From Bacteroidales bacterium Bact_19 (GTDB lineage: Bacteria; Bacteroidota; Bacteroidia; Bacteroidales; ML635J-15), in contig LUZK01000050.1 of assembly GCA_001603595.1 (NCBI GenBank), forward strand, positions 22,115 through 86,114: a stretch of 64,000 nt of DNA, written 5' to 3'. The position numbers and the translations under genes are program-made. Numbering within the stretch: the first letter of the stretch is position 1; each line of letters begins with the position of its first letter. Shown in pieces: positions 1 to 9,977 of this stretch. The notes beneath the pieces are model-generated. The model was not told the origin of the DNA and made no database searches. It saw only the letters and a program-made list of their open reading frames with translations.

Positions 1-42
1 AAAAATATTATAATTTTGTAGCAATAAATAAAACAAATAACT

Positions 43-1167
43 ATGAAAAAAGGACTTATCTTATTTATTACATTAGTTTCTGCAATATTTGTACTTGGGC
101 AGGAAAATGAAACGGAACAGATTATAATTCCGCTAAAAATCGGATTTGAAGGACAGGCTGCAATTGCCGATACCAGCAGTACACTCGTAGTTGCAGAAGA
201 TCAGGAAGCAAATCTTGCTTTTAATGATGGAGTAGAATTTTACTCCAGAGGTGATTATCAATCAGCCATAAACAGCTTCAATCGTGCTATTCAGGTTGAT
301 CCGGATATGTTTAAAGCCTATTATGGCAGAGCAACTACTTATATGCAGTTAAAAGATTTTGATTCTGCTGTAAAAGATTTATTAAAATATCAATCTAAAT
401 ATCCTGAAAATGCTGAAGTTCTTTATTTATTGGGATATTCCTATTACTATTTGAACAAATTTGATGATGCTAATAAATACTTGACAATGGCTAATCAAAA
501 AGGACATAAGGATGTGAACTTATACTATTTTTTAGGAGTTATGAATTTTAAAAATGCTAACTATAACGATGCAATTGAATATTTTAATGAAGCAATTAAA
601 ATAGATCCAAATCATTATTTTTCTTACAACGACAGAGGTTCTGCATTTAGAATGATTGAGTCTTATGATAATGCTATCTCTGATTATAATAAAGCAACTG
701 AATTAAATCCCAAAAGTTCTTTATTGTACAATAATCTTGGAAGTGCCAAAAGGCTTAAAAAAGATTACGATGGAGCATTAGCTGCTTATGATGAAGCATT
801 GAAACTTGATAAAAATAATTACATGGCTCTAAACAACAAGGGAATTGTACTATACGAAAAAGGACAATATGATGAGGCTATTCAAACTTTCAGAGAAGTT
901 ATTAAATTAAAGAAAGATTACCCATACGCATATAATAACATGGGGTTGTGTTATTATAAAAAGAAAGAATATGATTCAGCGATTGAAGCATATTCAACAG
1001 CTATAAACATGAATCCTGATTATGCTCAGGCATATATTCACAGAGGAAGTGCTAAGGAAATGAAAAGAGATTTCGTTGGAGCTTGTGCAGATTGGCAAAA
1101 AGCAAAGGAATTAGGACATCCGCTTGCTGAAGAATATCTTGGTGTTTGTACTGAATATAAAAAATAA
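43..1167 (+). CDS. Secreted tetratricopeptide-repeat (TPR) protein
   Basis: 374-aa ORF with a signal-like N-terminus (MKKGLILFITLVSAIFVLGQ). The body is a run of 34-aa TPR units (e.g. AINSFNRAIQVDPDMFKAYYGRA, AIEYFNEAIKIDPNHYFSYNDRG, AIEAYSTAINMNPDYAQAYIHRG). It ends 12 nt before the next gene. Confidence 0.85.
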   Translation: MKKGLILFITLVSAIFVLGQENETEQIIIPLKIGFEGQAAIADTSSTLVVAEDQEANLAFNDGVEFYSRGDYQSAINSFNRAIQVDPDMFKAYYGRATTYMQLKDFDSAVKDLLKYQSKYPENAEVLYLLGYSYYYLNKFDDANKYLTMANQKGHKDVNLYYFLGVMNFKNANYNDAIEYFNEAIKIDPNHYFSYNDRGSAFRMIESYDNAISDYNKATELNPKSSLLYNNLGSAKRLKKDYDGALAAYDEALKLDKNNYMALNNKGIVLYEKGQYDEAIQTFREVIKLKKDYPYAYNNMGLCYYKKKEYDSAIEAYSTAINMNPDYAQAYIHRGSAKEMKRDFVGACADWQKAKELGHPLAEEYLGVCTEYKK

Positions 1168-1179
1168 AACATTAAAATT

Positions 1180-3285
1180 ATGAAAAAAATAATAGTTGCA
1201 TCAATAACAATAGCACTGTCTATAATAATAGTAAATGTTATTAATGGACAGGTTCCGGTTGAGATTAATAAAAAGGAATTTAAGATTTCAAAAGATGGTT
1301 TTCGTGAAGCCATGAATGCTATAAAATATGGCGATAATTATTACGCTTCCGGAAGTGCCGGAGGGTACCGATTGGCTCTTACTCAGTATTTAAAAGCTTA
1401 TGAGTACAATCAAAATAATCCGGAATTAAATTATAAGATAGGAGCTTGTTACCTTTATTCTACAGATAAATCAAAAGCTCTCGGATTCCTTAAAAAAGCA
1501 TATAATGCAAAACCGGGAGTGGCTTCAGATATTTATTATCTTTTAGGATGGGGTTATCATATTAATTGCGAATTTGATGAGGCTATAAATTATTATCGTA
1601 AATATAAAAATGAAACAATAGAATCAGGAGGTAAAAAATCTAAAAAATCCACAGGTCCTATTATAGATGTTGATAAAAAGATCAGAGAATGTGAAACAGG
1701 TAAAAATCTCATTTCCAATCCAATACGTGTTTTTATTGACAATTTAGGACCTGCAGTAAACTCCAAATTTCCTGATTATGCTCCGGTAATTAGTACTGAT
1801 GAATCTGTTTTGATATTTACTTCGCGACGTGACGGAAGTACCGGTGGCGAGATTGATCCAAATGACTTAATGCCATACGAAGATTTATATATTTCATATA
1901 ATGAAGATAAAAAAGGATGGACACAAGCAATAAATATGCGTAGTCTTAATACCGAAGTTCATGATGCTTCTGTTGGATTGTCTCCAGATGGTCAAATTTT
2001 GTTTACATATAAAGGTGTTCCTGATGGAACTTTGTTTGAAAGTTTTTTAAAAGGAGATAATTGGTCTAAACCTCGTGAGGTTTCTACAATTAATACAAAA
2101 TATCACGAAACTTCTGCCTCAATTTCTTTTGATGGTAAGTATTTATATTTTGTTAGCAATCGCCCAAAAGATGATTTTGGAACACCAAGCTTTGGCGGTT
2201 TGGATATTTTTGTTTCCGAAAAACAAAAAAACGGGAAATGGGGACCGGCAAAGAATGTGGGTGCTCCGATAAATACAAAATACGATGAAGAAGGAGTATT
2301 TATTCATCCCGATGGTGTAACAATGTATTTTTCGTCTAAAAGAGAAGGATCAATGGGGGGATATGATATTTTTTATAGCGAAAATGATGGTGCAGGAAAC
2401 TGGAAAGAACCAGTTAATATAGGTTATCCTGTTAATACCCCAGATGATGATGTATTTTTCGTTGTTGCCGGAAATGCAAGATATGCTTACTATTCAAGTG
2501 ACCGTGAAGGTGGTTACGGTTTGCAAGATATTTATCGTATTACATTCTTAGGTCCGGAAAGACTCATGGTAATGGGGACCGAGGATATTCTCATCGCAAG
2601 CTCCACTGAAACCATTGAACAAAAAGTTAAACATGAAACAGTTGAAGTGAAGAAAGTCCGCCTTACTGTTATGAAAGGTACTGTTACCGATGCTTTAAGC
2701 GGACAACCTATTGAAGCTACTATTGAGGTAATTGATAACGAAAAAAATGAGCTAATTGCAACTTTCTCATCAAATGCTAAAACAGGTAAATATTTAGTAT
2801 CACTACCATCCGGTAAAAACTACGGCATTGCAGTAAAAGCTGATGGATATCTTTTCTACAGTGAAAATTTTGATATCCCCGAAGCAACCGGTTATCAGGA
2901 AGTTACCAAAGATATTGTCCTTTCAAAGGTTGGAGTTGGCTCTAAGATTGTTTTGAAAAACATTTTCTTCGATTTTGGAAAAGCCACTTTGCGTGAAACC
3001 TCTTTCCCAGAATTAGACAGGTTGGTATCTCTATTGAATGCTTATCCTAACATGACTATTGAAATAGGTGGACATACTGATAATGTAGGTTCATTAAAAT
3101 TTAATACTGACCTTTCCGAATCACGTGCAAAAGCTGTTGTTGATTATTTAATTGACAAAGGAATAAGCAAAACAAGGTTGTCTTACAAAGGTTATGCTTA
3201 TTTGCAACCAATAGCAAGCAATGATACCGAAGAAGGACGTCAACAAAACAGACGTGTTGAGTTTAAAGTAATTTCTATTAAATAA
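1180..3285 (+). CDS. PorE-like T9SS-associated OmpA-family protein (TPR + TolB/PD40 beta-propeller + CarboxypepD_reg-like + OmpA_C)
   Basis: 701 aa with a signal-like N-terminus and no lipobox Cys. TPR-like segment (YLKAYEYNQNNPELNYKIGACY). Five PD40-type repeats (FPDYAPVISTDESVLIFTSRR, HDASVGLSPDGQILFTY, HETSASISFDGKYLYFVSNR, YDEEGVFIHPDGVTMYFSSKR, FFVVAGNARYAYYSSDR). Beta-sandwich (GTVTDALSGQPIEATIEVID...SGKNYGIAVKADGY). OmpA_C end (NIFFDFGKATLR...GHTDNVGS...SESRAKAVVDYL...NRRVEF). Confidence 0.85.
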   Translation: MKKIIVASITIALSIIIVNVINGQVPVEINKKEFKISKDGFREAMNAIKYGDNYYASGSAGGYRLALTQYLKAYEYNQNNPELNYKIGACYLYSTDKSKALGFLKKAYNAKPGVASDIYYLLGWGYHINCEFDEAINYYRKYKNETIESGGKKSKKSTGPIIDVDKKIRECETGKNLISNPIRVFIDNLGPAVNSKFPDYAPVISTDESVLIFTSRRDGSTGGEIDPNDLMPYEDLYISYNEDKKGWTQAINMRSLNTEVHDASVGLSPDGQILFTYKGVPDGTLFESFLKGDNWSKPREVSTINTKYHETSASISFDGKYLYFVSNRPKDDFGTPSFGGLDIFVSEKQKNGKWGPAKNVGAPINTKYDEEGVFIHPDGVTMYFSSKREGSMGGYDIFYSENDGAGNWKEPVNIGYPVNTPDDDVFFVVAGNARYAYYSSDREGGYGLQDIYRITFLGPERLMVMGTEDILIASSTETIEQKVKHETVEVKKVRLTVMKGTVTDALSGQPIEATIEVIDNEKNELIATFSSNAKTGKYLVSLPSGKNYGIAVKADGYLFYSENFDIPEATGYQEVTKDIVLSKVGVGSKIVLKNIFFDFGKATLRETSFPELDRLVSLLNAYPNMTIEIGGHTDNVGSLKFNTDLSESRAKAVVDYLIDKGISKTRLSYKGYAYLQPIASNDTEEGRQQNRRVEFKVISIK

Positions 3286-3304
3286 CTCTTGTTGATAGCT
3301 TTTT

Positions 3305-3337
3305 AAAAAAAGTTACTATTCTTTGGTAACTTTTTTT
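3305..3337 (+). terminator. Rho-independent terminator after first PorE-like gene
   Basis: Perfect 12-bp stem, aaaaaaagttac (3305-3316) pairing with gtaacttttttt (3326-3337), with a 9-nt loop. The 3' arm runs into a T-tract. Confidence 0.7.
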
Positions 3338-3372
3338 ATTTTTGTGATCATCAATAAGTAAATATTAAAAAA

Positions 3373-5346
3373 ATGAAAAAAATTGTTCTTGTTTTATTCT
3401 TTTTTAATTTAATTTTTAATGCCTTTTCTCAAGAAGATGTAAAATTTACAAAATCAAATTTTCCCGATAAACCGGGCGAATTAGCTACAGCAAAAAAACA
3501 AATACAAACAGCTGATATTTTGGCTTTTAATGAGAAAAAATATGATGAGGCTTTAAAATATTATAAAAAGGCTTATGAATTTAATCCTAATAATTCAGAT
3601 TTGAATTTTAAAATAGGTCTTTGTTACTATAATACGATATTTAAATATGATTGTTTACAATATTTCGAAAAAGCTTATAAGCTTAATTCAAAGGTTGATA
3701 AAAAAATAGAATTTTATCTAGGTCGAGGTTATCATCTTAACTACAGATTTGATGAGGCTATTAACTTTTATAATAAATATACTGCTAATCTAAAGGACTC
3801 AAAAGAAATTCAAGCAATAGGGAAATACATAACCGAATGTAGAAATGGAAAGGAATTAATTAAAGACACTACAAAAGTTGAAATAATAAATCTTGGAGCA
3901 AATGTAAATACTGAATTTAGAGAATACGGTCCAATGGTTACAGCGGACGGATCTAAGATTTATTTTACATCCAGACGTAAAGGAACTACAGGAAATGCAA
4001 TTGCATCAGATGGTATGTATTATGAAGATATTTATGAAACAGAAAAAACTGAAACCGGATGGACTAAAGCTCGCAATGTTGGTTCGCCTCTAAATACAAA
4101 ACTTCATGATGCAGTTGTAGGTTTATCTCCCGACGGACAAACAATGTTTGTTTATGTGGATGATAATGGTGGAGATATTTACGTATCAACCCTTAAAGGC
4201 AGTAGGTGGACAAAGCCCATAAGTATTAGTGAAAACATAAATAGTCCATATCATGAGTCTAAGGCTTGCATATCTTATGATAATAAAACTTTGTATTTTA
4301 TTTCGGATAATCCTAACTGGTTTATCGGTGGTAGAGATATTTTGTATTCAACCTTAGGTCCGGACGGAAAATGGTCGCAACCTAAAAATATAGGAAGAAC
4401 TGTAAATACAATTTACGACGAAGTTGATATTTTCTTACACCCAGATGGGAGAACTTTATATTTTAGTAGTAATGGTCATAATACAATGGGCGGTTTTGAT
4501 ATTTTTAAAACGGTTCGTGATGCCAATGGAAATTGGTCAACTCCGGTTAATCTTGGATATCCGATAAATACCCCACTTGATGATGCTTTCTTTGTTACCA
4601 TCGCCAGTGGAAAAATTGCATATTTTGCCTCTGTACGTCCCGAAGGTTTTGGCTTGCACGATATTTATGAATTACGATTTAAAGTAGATGAAGATAAACC
4701 TGTTGCAATGGAAGAAAAATTTCTTGTTACTTTAGTTAAAGGTACCGTAAAAGATAAAACTACAGGATATCCCCTCGAAGCAAAAATTGAAATAATTGAC
4801 AATTCTAGTGATGAACTTGTTGCAACATTTACAACAAACTCACAAACAGGAGCTTACCTTGTTAATTTACCCTCAGGAAAAAATTACGGATTGAATGTAA
4901 GTAAAGAGGGTTATTTATTCCACAGCGAAAACTTTAATTTAGCCGATACTGCTGATTATCAGGAGTATGTAATTGATGTCTTGTTGCAAAAAATAGAAAT
5001 AGGTACATCTATTGTTTTGAAAAATATTTTCTTTGATTACGATAAAGCAACTCTACGTCCGGAATCATATCCAGAGTTAAACAGAGTTGTTGAGATTCTT
5101 AATAAACAACCAAAATTAAAAATTGAAATTTCAGGTCATACTGATAATCGAGGTAGTTATGATTATAATCTCAAATTGTCAACTGAACGTGCTAAGTCTG
5201 TTGTAGAATATTTAATTAGTAAGGGGATAAATCCAAACCGCCTGACATATAAAGGTTATGCCTTCGAAAAACCAATTTCTACCAACGATACTGATGAAGG
5301 GAGACAACTAAATAGGAGAGTAGAATTTAAAATTATCGAAAATTAA
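3373..5346 (+). CDS. PorE-like T9SS-associated OmpA-family protein, paralogue 2
   Basis: 657 aa with the same four-part architecture as 1180..3285. TPR-like segment (YKKAYEFNPNNSDLNFKIGLCY). PD40 repeats (FREYGPMVTADGSKIYFTSRR, HDAVVGLSPDGQTMFVY, HESKACISYDNKTLYFISD, YDEVDIFLHPDGRTLYFSSN). Beta-sandwich (GTVKDKTTGYPLEAKIEIID). OmpA_C (NIFFDYDKATLR...GHTDNRGS...STERAKSVVEYL...NRRVEF). Confidence 0.85.
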   Translation: MKKIVLVLFFFNLIFNAFSQEDVKFTKSNFPDKPGELATAKKQIQTADILAFNEKKYDEALKYYKKAYEFNPNNSDLNFKIGLCYYNTIFKYDCLQYFEKAYKLNSKVDKKIEFYLGRGYHLNYRFDEAINFYNKYTANLKDSKEIQAIGKYITECRNGKELIKDTTKVEIINLGANVNTEFREYGPMVTADGSKIYFTSRRKGTTGNAIASDGMYYEDIYETEKTETGWTKARNVGSPLNTKLHDAVVGLSPDGQTMFVYVDDNGGDIYVSTLKGSRWTKPISISENINSPYHESKACISYDNKTLYFISDNPNWFIGGRDILYSTLGPDGKWSQPKNIGRTVNTIYDEVDIFLHPDGRTLYFSSNGHNTMGGFDIFKTVRDANGNWSTPVNLGYPINTPLDDAFFVTIASGKIAYFASVRPEGFGLHDIYELRFKVDEDKPVAMEEKFLVTLVKGTVKDKTTGYPLEAKIEIIDNSSDELVATFTTNSQTGAYLVNLPSGKNYGLNVSKEGYLFHSENFNLADTADYQEYVIDVLLQKIEIGTSIVLKNIFFDYDKATLRPESYPELNRVVEILNKQPKLKIEISGHTDNRGSYDYNLKLSTERAKSVVEYLISKGINPNRLTYKGYAFEKPISTNDTDEGRQLNRRVEFKIIEN

Positions 5347-5504
5347 AATCTCTCTTACTTAATTTTTCTTAGAACTTAAGAAGTGAAGTAAAATTCCTTT
5401 ACAATTTACGTAACTTACTGATATTTTCGGATTTTAATAAAAAAATTTTTTCCTTTATATTTAGATTATTTATTATATTTACACTTTGAAATTTTTACAT
5501 TGTT

Positions 5505-6062
5505 ATGAGGTTAATCTATTTAATTTTTATTGTACTATTTGTGCATAGTTTTTTATATTCACAAACTGATAAGTTAGCGGAATTTGTTGATTCTCAACAA
5601 GCCAAATTAATATATGATGAGGCAAAATTAGAAAAAGTTCCCAATTTGAATGTTTTCGTGATTCCTCCTGAATATTTTGAAGAAGATCCTTCAATTAATG
5701 GGTATGTTCATCCGGGTTCCGCAACAACTATACAGATTTTAGAAGTTGAAGGATATTCATACAAAGATATTGAAAAAGGTATGACTCCTGATTACATTGC
5801 TTCGCAAGGTTATACTTATATGGGGAAACAAGAATTTACAACTGCTGATAATGTGCCGGGAATAATTTATTTTGTGCAGTTTGAATCCAACAATATTGAA
5901 TATGAACGTTGTATGTTTTTTACAGGAAATTCAAAAACAATTTGGGTTAATGTTAATTATCCTGTGAGCATGAAAAAATTACTACTACCCCAAATTGAAG
6001 CATTTTTGTATTCAGTAACAGAATCTGCAAATACAAACGAAATAAATACCATACAAAGATGA
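5505..6062 (+). CDS. Hypothetical secreted protein, translationally coupled to the T9SS cargo gene
   Basis: 185 aa with a signal-like N-terminus (MRLIYLIFIVLFVHSFLYSQ). No family recognised. Its stop overlaps the next start codon (ATGA, 6059-6062). Confidence 0.5.
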   Translation: MRLIYLIFIVLFVHSFLYSQTDKLAEFVDSQQAKLIYDEAKLEKVPNLNVFVIPPEYFEEDPSINGYVHPGSATTIQILEVEGYSYKDIEKGMTPDYIASQGYTYMGKQEFTTADNVPGIIYFVQFESNNIEYERCMFFTGNSKTIWVNVNYPVSMKKLLLPQIEAFLYSVTESANTNEINTIQR

Positions 6063-9000
6063 AAAGATTCTTTTGTTTGTTTATATTAGTATATATTCTT
6101 TCCGTAAATTTTACGGTAAATGTAAATGCCCAAAATGACTTAGTTCATCCCATGTATTATTTTTCACACGACCAAAATATGTGGGGACCTGATTCTGCCT
6201 ATGGAATTGATGTTGAACATACATTCTTTAATGTTAATATTAATGAAAACTACGGCTTTAGTCAGATTGAAAGTGTTTTTGGACAACAATTCGGCGTCGG
6301 AGTAAACATGGGGATTCAAGCCCTATTAAGATCAACTTTCGAAGCTCATGGGTTCTATACCGGTAGTTTTAGCCTAGATTATCCGATAGAAGTAACTCTA
6401 GATTTTCCCGAAGATTTCAGTTTTAATTATGGTGGGCCTGCAACAATAAAAACATCATACGAAGTTGTTGACGGTTGGGCTTTGGAAACTGAATTCCCTC
6501 CTGTTGGTGTAATTACTCTCGACCTGGAATATCAATTTACTCCTTCTTTAAATCTTGTTGTTTGTGTATTTGGTTGCGATACTATTTACTTTATCCCTCC
6601 AAGCGTTCAGGTGCCACATACTTTAGATACTCTTTTTCATATAAATGCCGAAACAGAATATTGTATTTATCCTTGTTATGTTGGAAATCAGTTTACTTTT
6701 TGCCACGATTATGAGTTGCCAATTGATATTTCTTTTACAGATTTAGTTGGATTTAATTTTGAAGCTCATGTTGATTTGCCAAATGTAGAAACAACAGCAT
6801 ATATTGAACCCGGCACTAATTGTTTAATAGCAACAGGAGAAGATCCATATATGGAAGTTATTCTAGATGTAATCGGATTTTTATATGTCATGGCCGGATA
6901 CATTCCACCTCCTGATGGACCTCAAATACAACAGGCATTGGATTTTCTTAATGATACTATAAATTATCCGATAAATACTCCTTTGGGTAATATCGAATTT
7001 CAAATAGAGTATTCATTATTGAGTGTTGATTTTCTTATTACTAATACACTGCATCAGGATATTTATTTTTGTCCGACAATTTGGGTAACTCTCGAATTTC
7101 CTGTTGAAATGCCATTTATAGTTACAGATCCATCAAATGGCGATGCTATGGTTTCTCAAGGGTTTGGTGATACAATTACTTTTGCAGTAGGCCATGATTT
7201 AACAATAACATATCCCTGTCATGATTGGGATTCTATGTATGTGGGGGTGCGGTACAACATTCAACCTACAATTCGAAATCATACCTGGGACAGTTTAGCA
7301 TTTTCATTTTTAATTCAGGCTTTAAGTGCCGATATTACTATAATTACACCATTTAAATCTGCAATTGCTCAGACAGAAATGCCGGAATTTGTTCTGCCTT
7401 TACCGGGAGATAATCCACCAAAATCTCCACCTATAGCTTATGCAGGTTATTATGCTGATGCTGAGAATCCGGAAGCTAAAGATATTGGACCTTTTCATAT
7501 AGGACCTTTATTTGAGTGGACGGTTTCTTTGGGGTATGTACCTGTTACATGGTTTGATCAGACCTGGGATTTAATGCATTTTCAGGAGGATTTGGTATTC
7601 CCGGGTACATATATCAGACCTTATGATAAATCTGAGGTTAATGCTCTATTATTTTTAGATGGTGCTTATTGTTACGGTCAACCTTTTGATTATGTTTATG
7701 CAGAGGCACAAAATGGAATAGAACCTTATACATTTATCTGGTCAACAGGTCATGTTACACCAAACTCATATTTTGATACAGACAGTATTTTTGCCCCACC
7801 CGGTTTATATTCGGTAACTATCATAGATTCCAATAACTGTGAATCCTACGACACTTTATCTGTGGCCGTAAATCCTCCTTTAATACTAAGTCTATCAGCC
7901 ACTGATGTAGATTGTCACGGTTTCTTTACCGGACAAATCCAAACAAATGTTTCAGGAGGAACTCCACCTTATTTCTTCCATTGGTCTAATGGAAGTATAG
8001 CTCAGAATCCTTCTAATCTGGCTAGTGGATGGTATTATGTAACGATTGAAGATTTCGTACATTGTGAAATAACCGATTCTATATTTATTGCCGAACCTCC
8101 TACCGCAGTTACTATTACAGAATCAATTCAGCATGTCCGTTGTCATGGTACCGATGATGGTAGAATAAATATATCTTTAAGCGGAGCTACACCTCCTTAC
8201 AGTGTACAATGGAGTACCGGGCAGGTTTATCAAAACTTATACAACTTGACTGCCGGAAATTATACTATCTCTGTTACTGATGCTTTGGGTTGTACCTGGA
8301 GCGAAACTTATACTATTATTGAACCAGATACTCTTATTGCAAATGTTAGTTCAACAAACATTCCTTGTTTTGGATTAAATAACGGTATTCTACAGGCTCA
8401 AGTATACGGAGGAACTCCCCCATATATTTATTATTGGTTCCATGATTTGAATAATAATTCTCCTATTTTAACAAACATGCATCCGGGATATTATTTTGTG
8501 TCGGTTGTTGATGCAAATGGCTGTTCGGATACAGCAAGTGCTTATATTAACGAACCTGATGAACTTCAAATAAATTTAGTCTATCAAAATGTTAGTTGTA
8601 AATATGGTAATGATGCTTATATTTCTGTAAATCCATCTGGTGGAGTTCCGAATTATTATGTACAATGGAGTAACGGGTATTTTTCTAATAGCATAAATAA
8701 TTTAAGTGTCGGAACATTTACTGTAACAGTAAGAGATTCAAACGGCTGTGAGAAAATTCAAACAGTAAACATAACAGAACCGGAATTCGTTTTAACTTCT
8801 TCTTTTAATGAAATTAATCATGTATCATGTTTTGGTGGTAATGATGCCTCAGCCAATGTTTTGCCGCATGGTGGAACACCTCCTTATACTGTTACATGGG
8901 AGGATGGAGTAGATCAGGATGGTTTCAGGGGAACAGGTATGCTTGCAAATATATTCTACAGCATTACTTTAACCGATGCTAATAATTGTGTATATTTTGA

Positions 9001-9967
9001 CAGTATCAGATTTACTCAGCCTCCATTACTCAATGCTACCGGAACAACCAATCCTGTAAACTGTGCTCAAAATCCAGGTAGTGCAAATATTACAGTAGTT
9101 GGAGGAACACCTCCTTATACTTATCTTTGGTCAAATGGTGAAACTATCCAGAATCCTATTGACCTGCCTGCAGGTACAGTTATTGTTACTATTACTGATA
9201 GTAAATCATGTATAAAAATTCTCGAATTGTCTGTTGTAGCATTGGGTAATATTTCCGGTGGTTATGTTATTTTGGAACCAAATCTTTGTTTTGGAGATTC
9301 CATTGCTGTTGCTACTGTTTATATAAATAATCCATACAATCCGGTATTTTTCATGTGGGATAATCAACGGGTAGGTGATACAGTACAAGGGTTATCTGCG
9401 GGGACTTATTATGTAACGGCGACAGACAGATATAACTGTAATGGAATTATTGAAGTTGTTGTGCCTGAACCTGATTCAGTACAAGCCGGATTTGTGTTTA
9501 CCCGTCCATCTTGTTCAGGAGTTTATGATGGAGAAATTAAGTCTGTTCCTACTGGCGGAACTCCGGATTATTCGTTCCTGTGGTTTAATAATACTACAAC
9601 AGATGAAGTTAGTGGGTTAAGAGAAGGTTTGTATTATTTGACAATCAGTGATGCCAATAATTGTGTTTTTGTGTTCGAAGCCGATTTGAGGGAGGAACAG
9701 TTCTGTGTTATAGTTTATAATACTATAACTCCAAATGGTGATGGAGCAAATGATACATGGATAATTGAAAAAATAGAAGAGTTCAGGTTTAATAAAGTTT
9801 TTGTTCACAATCGTTTGGGGAATCTGGTTTACTCTGCCGAAGGTTATAAAAATGACTGGGATGGTACTTATAACGGCAAACCATTACCCGAAGGTACTTA
9901 TTATTATTTAATTGATTTAGGAACAGGGAAAGACCCAATTAAAGGTCATTTAACAATTATTAGATAA
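6059..9967 (+). CDS. T9SS type-B C-terminal-domain cargo protein with nine SprB-type repeats (putative cell-surface adhesin)
   Basis: 1302 aa with a signal-like N-terminus. About 530 aa of unassigned N-terminal domain come first, then nine ~75-aa repeats (C.G...G.I...V.GGTPPY...WSNG....NL..G.Y.VT..D.N.C). The C-terminal ~88 aa carry the gliding-motility-associated/type-B CTD signature (ITPNGDGANDTWII...GTYYYLI). Confidence 0.85.
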   Translation: MKRFFCLFILVYILSVNFTVNVNAQNDLVHPMYYFSHDQNMWGPDSAYGIDVEHTFFNVNINENYGFSQIESVFGQQFGVGVNMGIQALLRSTFEAHGFYTGSFSLDYPIEVTLDFPEDFSFNYGGPATIKTSYEVVDGWALETEFPPVGVITLDLEYQFTPSLNLVVCVFGCDTIYFIPPSVQVPHTLDTLFHINAETEYCIYPCYVGNQFTFCHDYELPIDISFTDLVGFNFEAHVDLPNVETTAYIEPGTNCLIATGEDPYMEVILDVIGFLYVMAGYIPPPDGPQIQQALDFLNDTINYPINTPLGNIEFQIEYSLLSVDFLITNTLHQDIYFCPTIWVTLEFPVEMPFIVTDPSNGDAMVSQGFGDTITFAVGHDLTITYPCHDWDSMYVGVRYNIQPTIRNHTWDSLAFSFLIQALSADITIITPFKSAIAQTEMPEFVLPLPGDNPPKSPPIAYAGYYADAENPEAKDIGPFHIGPLFEWTVSLGYVPVTWFDQTWDLMHFQEDLVFPGTYIRPYDKSEVNALLFLDGAYCYGQPFDYVYAEAQNGIEPYTFIWSTGHVTPNSYFDTDSIFAPPGLYSVTIIDSNNCESYDTLSVAVNPPLILSLSATDVDCHGFFTGQIQTNVSGGTPPYFFHWSNGSIAQNPSNLASGWYYVTIEDFVHCEITDSIFIAEPPTAVTITESIQHVRCHGTDDGRINISLSGATPPYSVQWSTGQVYQNLYNLTAGNYTISVTDALGCTWSETYTIIEPDTLIANVSSTNIPCFGLNNGILQAQVYGGTPPYIYYWFHDLNNNSPILTNMHPGYYFVSVVDANGCSDTASAYINEPDELQINLVYQNVSCKYGNDAYISVNPSGGVPNYYVQWSNGYFSNSINNLSVGTFTVTVRDSNGCEKIQTVNITEPEFVLTSSFNEINHVSCFGGNDASANVLPHGGTPPYTVTWEDGVDQDGFRGTGMLANIFYSITLTDANNCVYFDSIRFTQPPLLNATGTTNPVNCAQNPGSANITVVGGTPPYTYLWSNGETIQNPIDLPAGTVIVTITDSKSCIKILELSVVALGNISGGYVILEPNLCFGDSIAVATVYINNPYNPVFFMWDNQRVGDTVQGLSAGTYYVTATDRYNCNGIIEVVVPEPDSVQAGFVFTRPSCSGVYDGEIKSVPTGGTPDYSFLWFNNTTTDEVSGLREGLYYLTISDANNCVFVFEADLREEQFCVIVYNTITPNGDGANDTWIIEKIEEFRFNKVFVHNRLGNLVYSAEGYKNDWDGTYNGKPLPEGTYYYLIDLGTGKDPIKGHLTIIR
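7661..9700 (+). repeat. Nine tandem in-frame ~225-nt coding repeats (SprB-type repeat array) inside the cargo gene
   Basis: Protein-level periodicity counted by eye. Examples: VDCHGFFTGQIQTNVSGGTPPYFFHWSNG, VRCHGTDDGRINISLSGATPPYSVQWSTG, IPCFGLNNGILQAQVYGGTPPYIYYW, VSCKYGNDAYISVNPSGGVPNYYVQWSNG, VSCFGGNDASANVLPHGGTPPYTVTW, VNCAQNPGSANITVVGGTPPYTYLWSNG, PSCSGVYDGEIKSVPTGGTPDYSFLW. Boundaries are approximate. Confidence 0.75.
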
Positions 9968-9977
9968 TAATTTTGAA

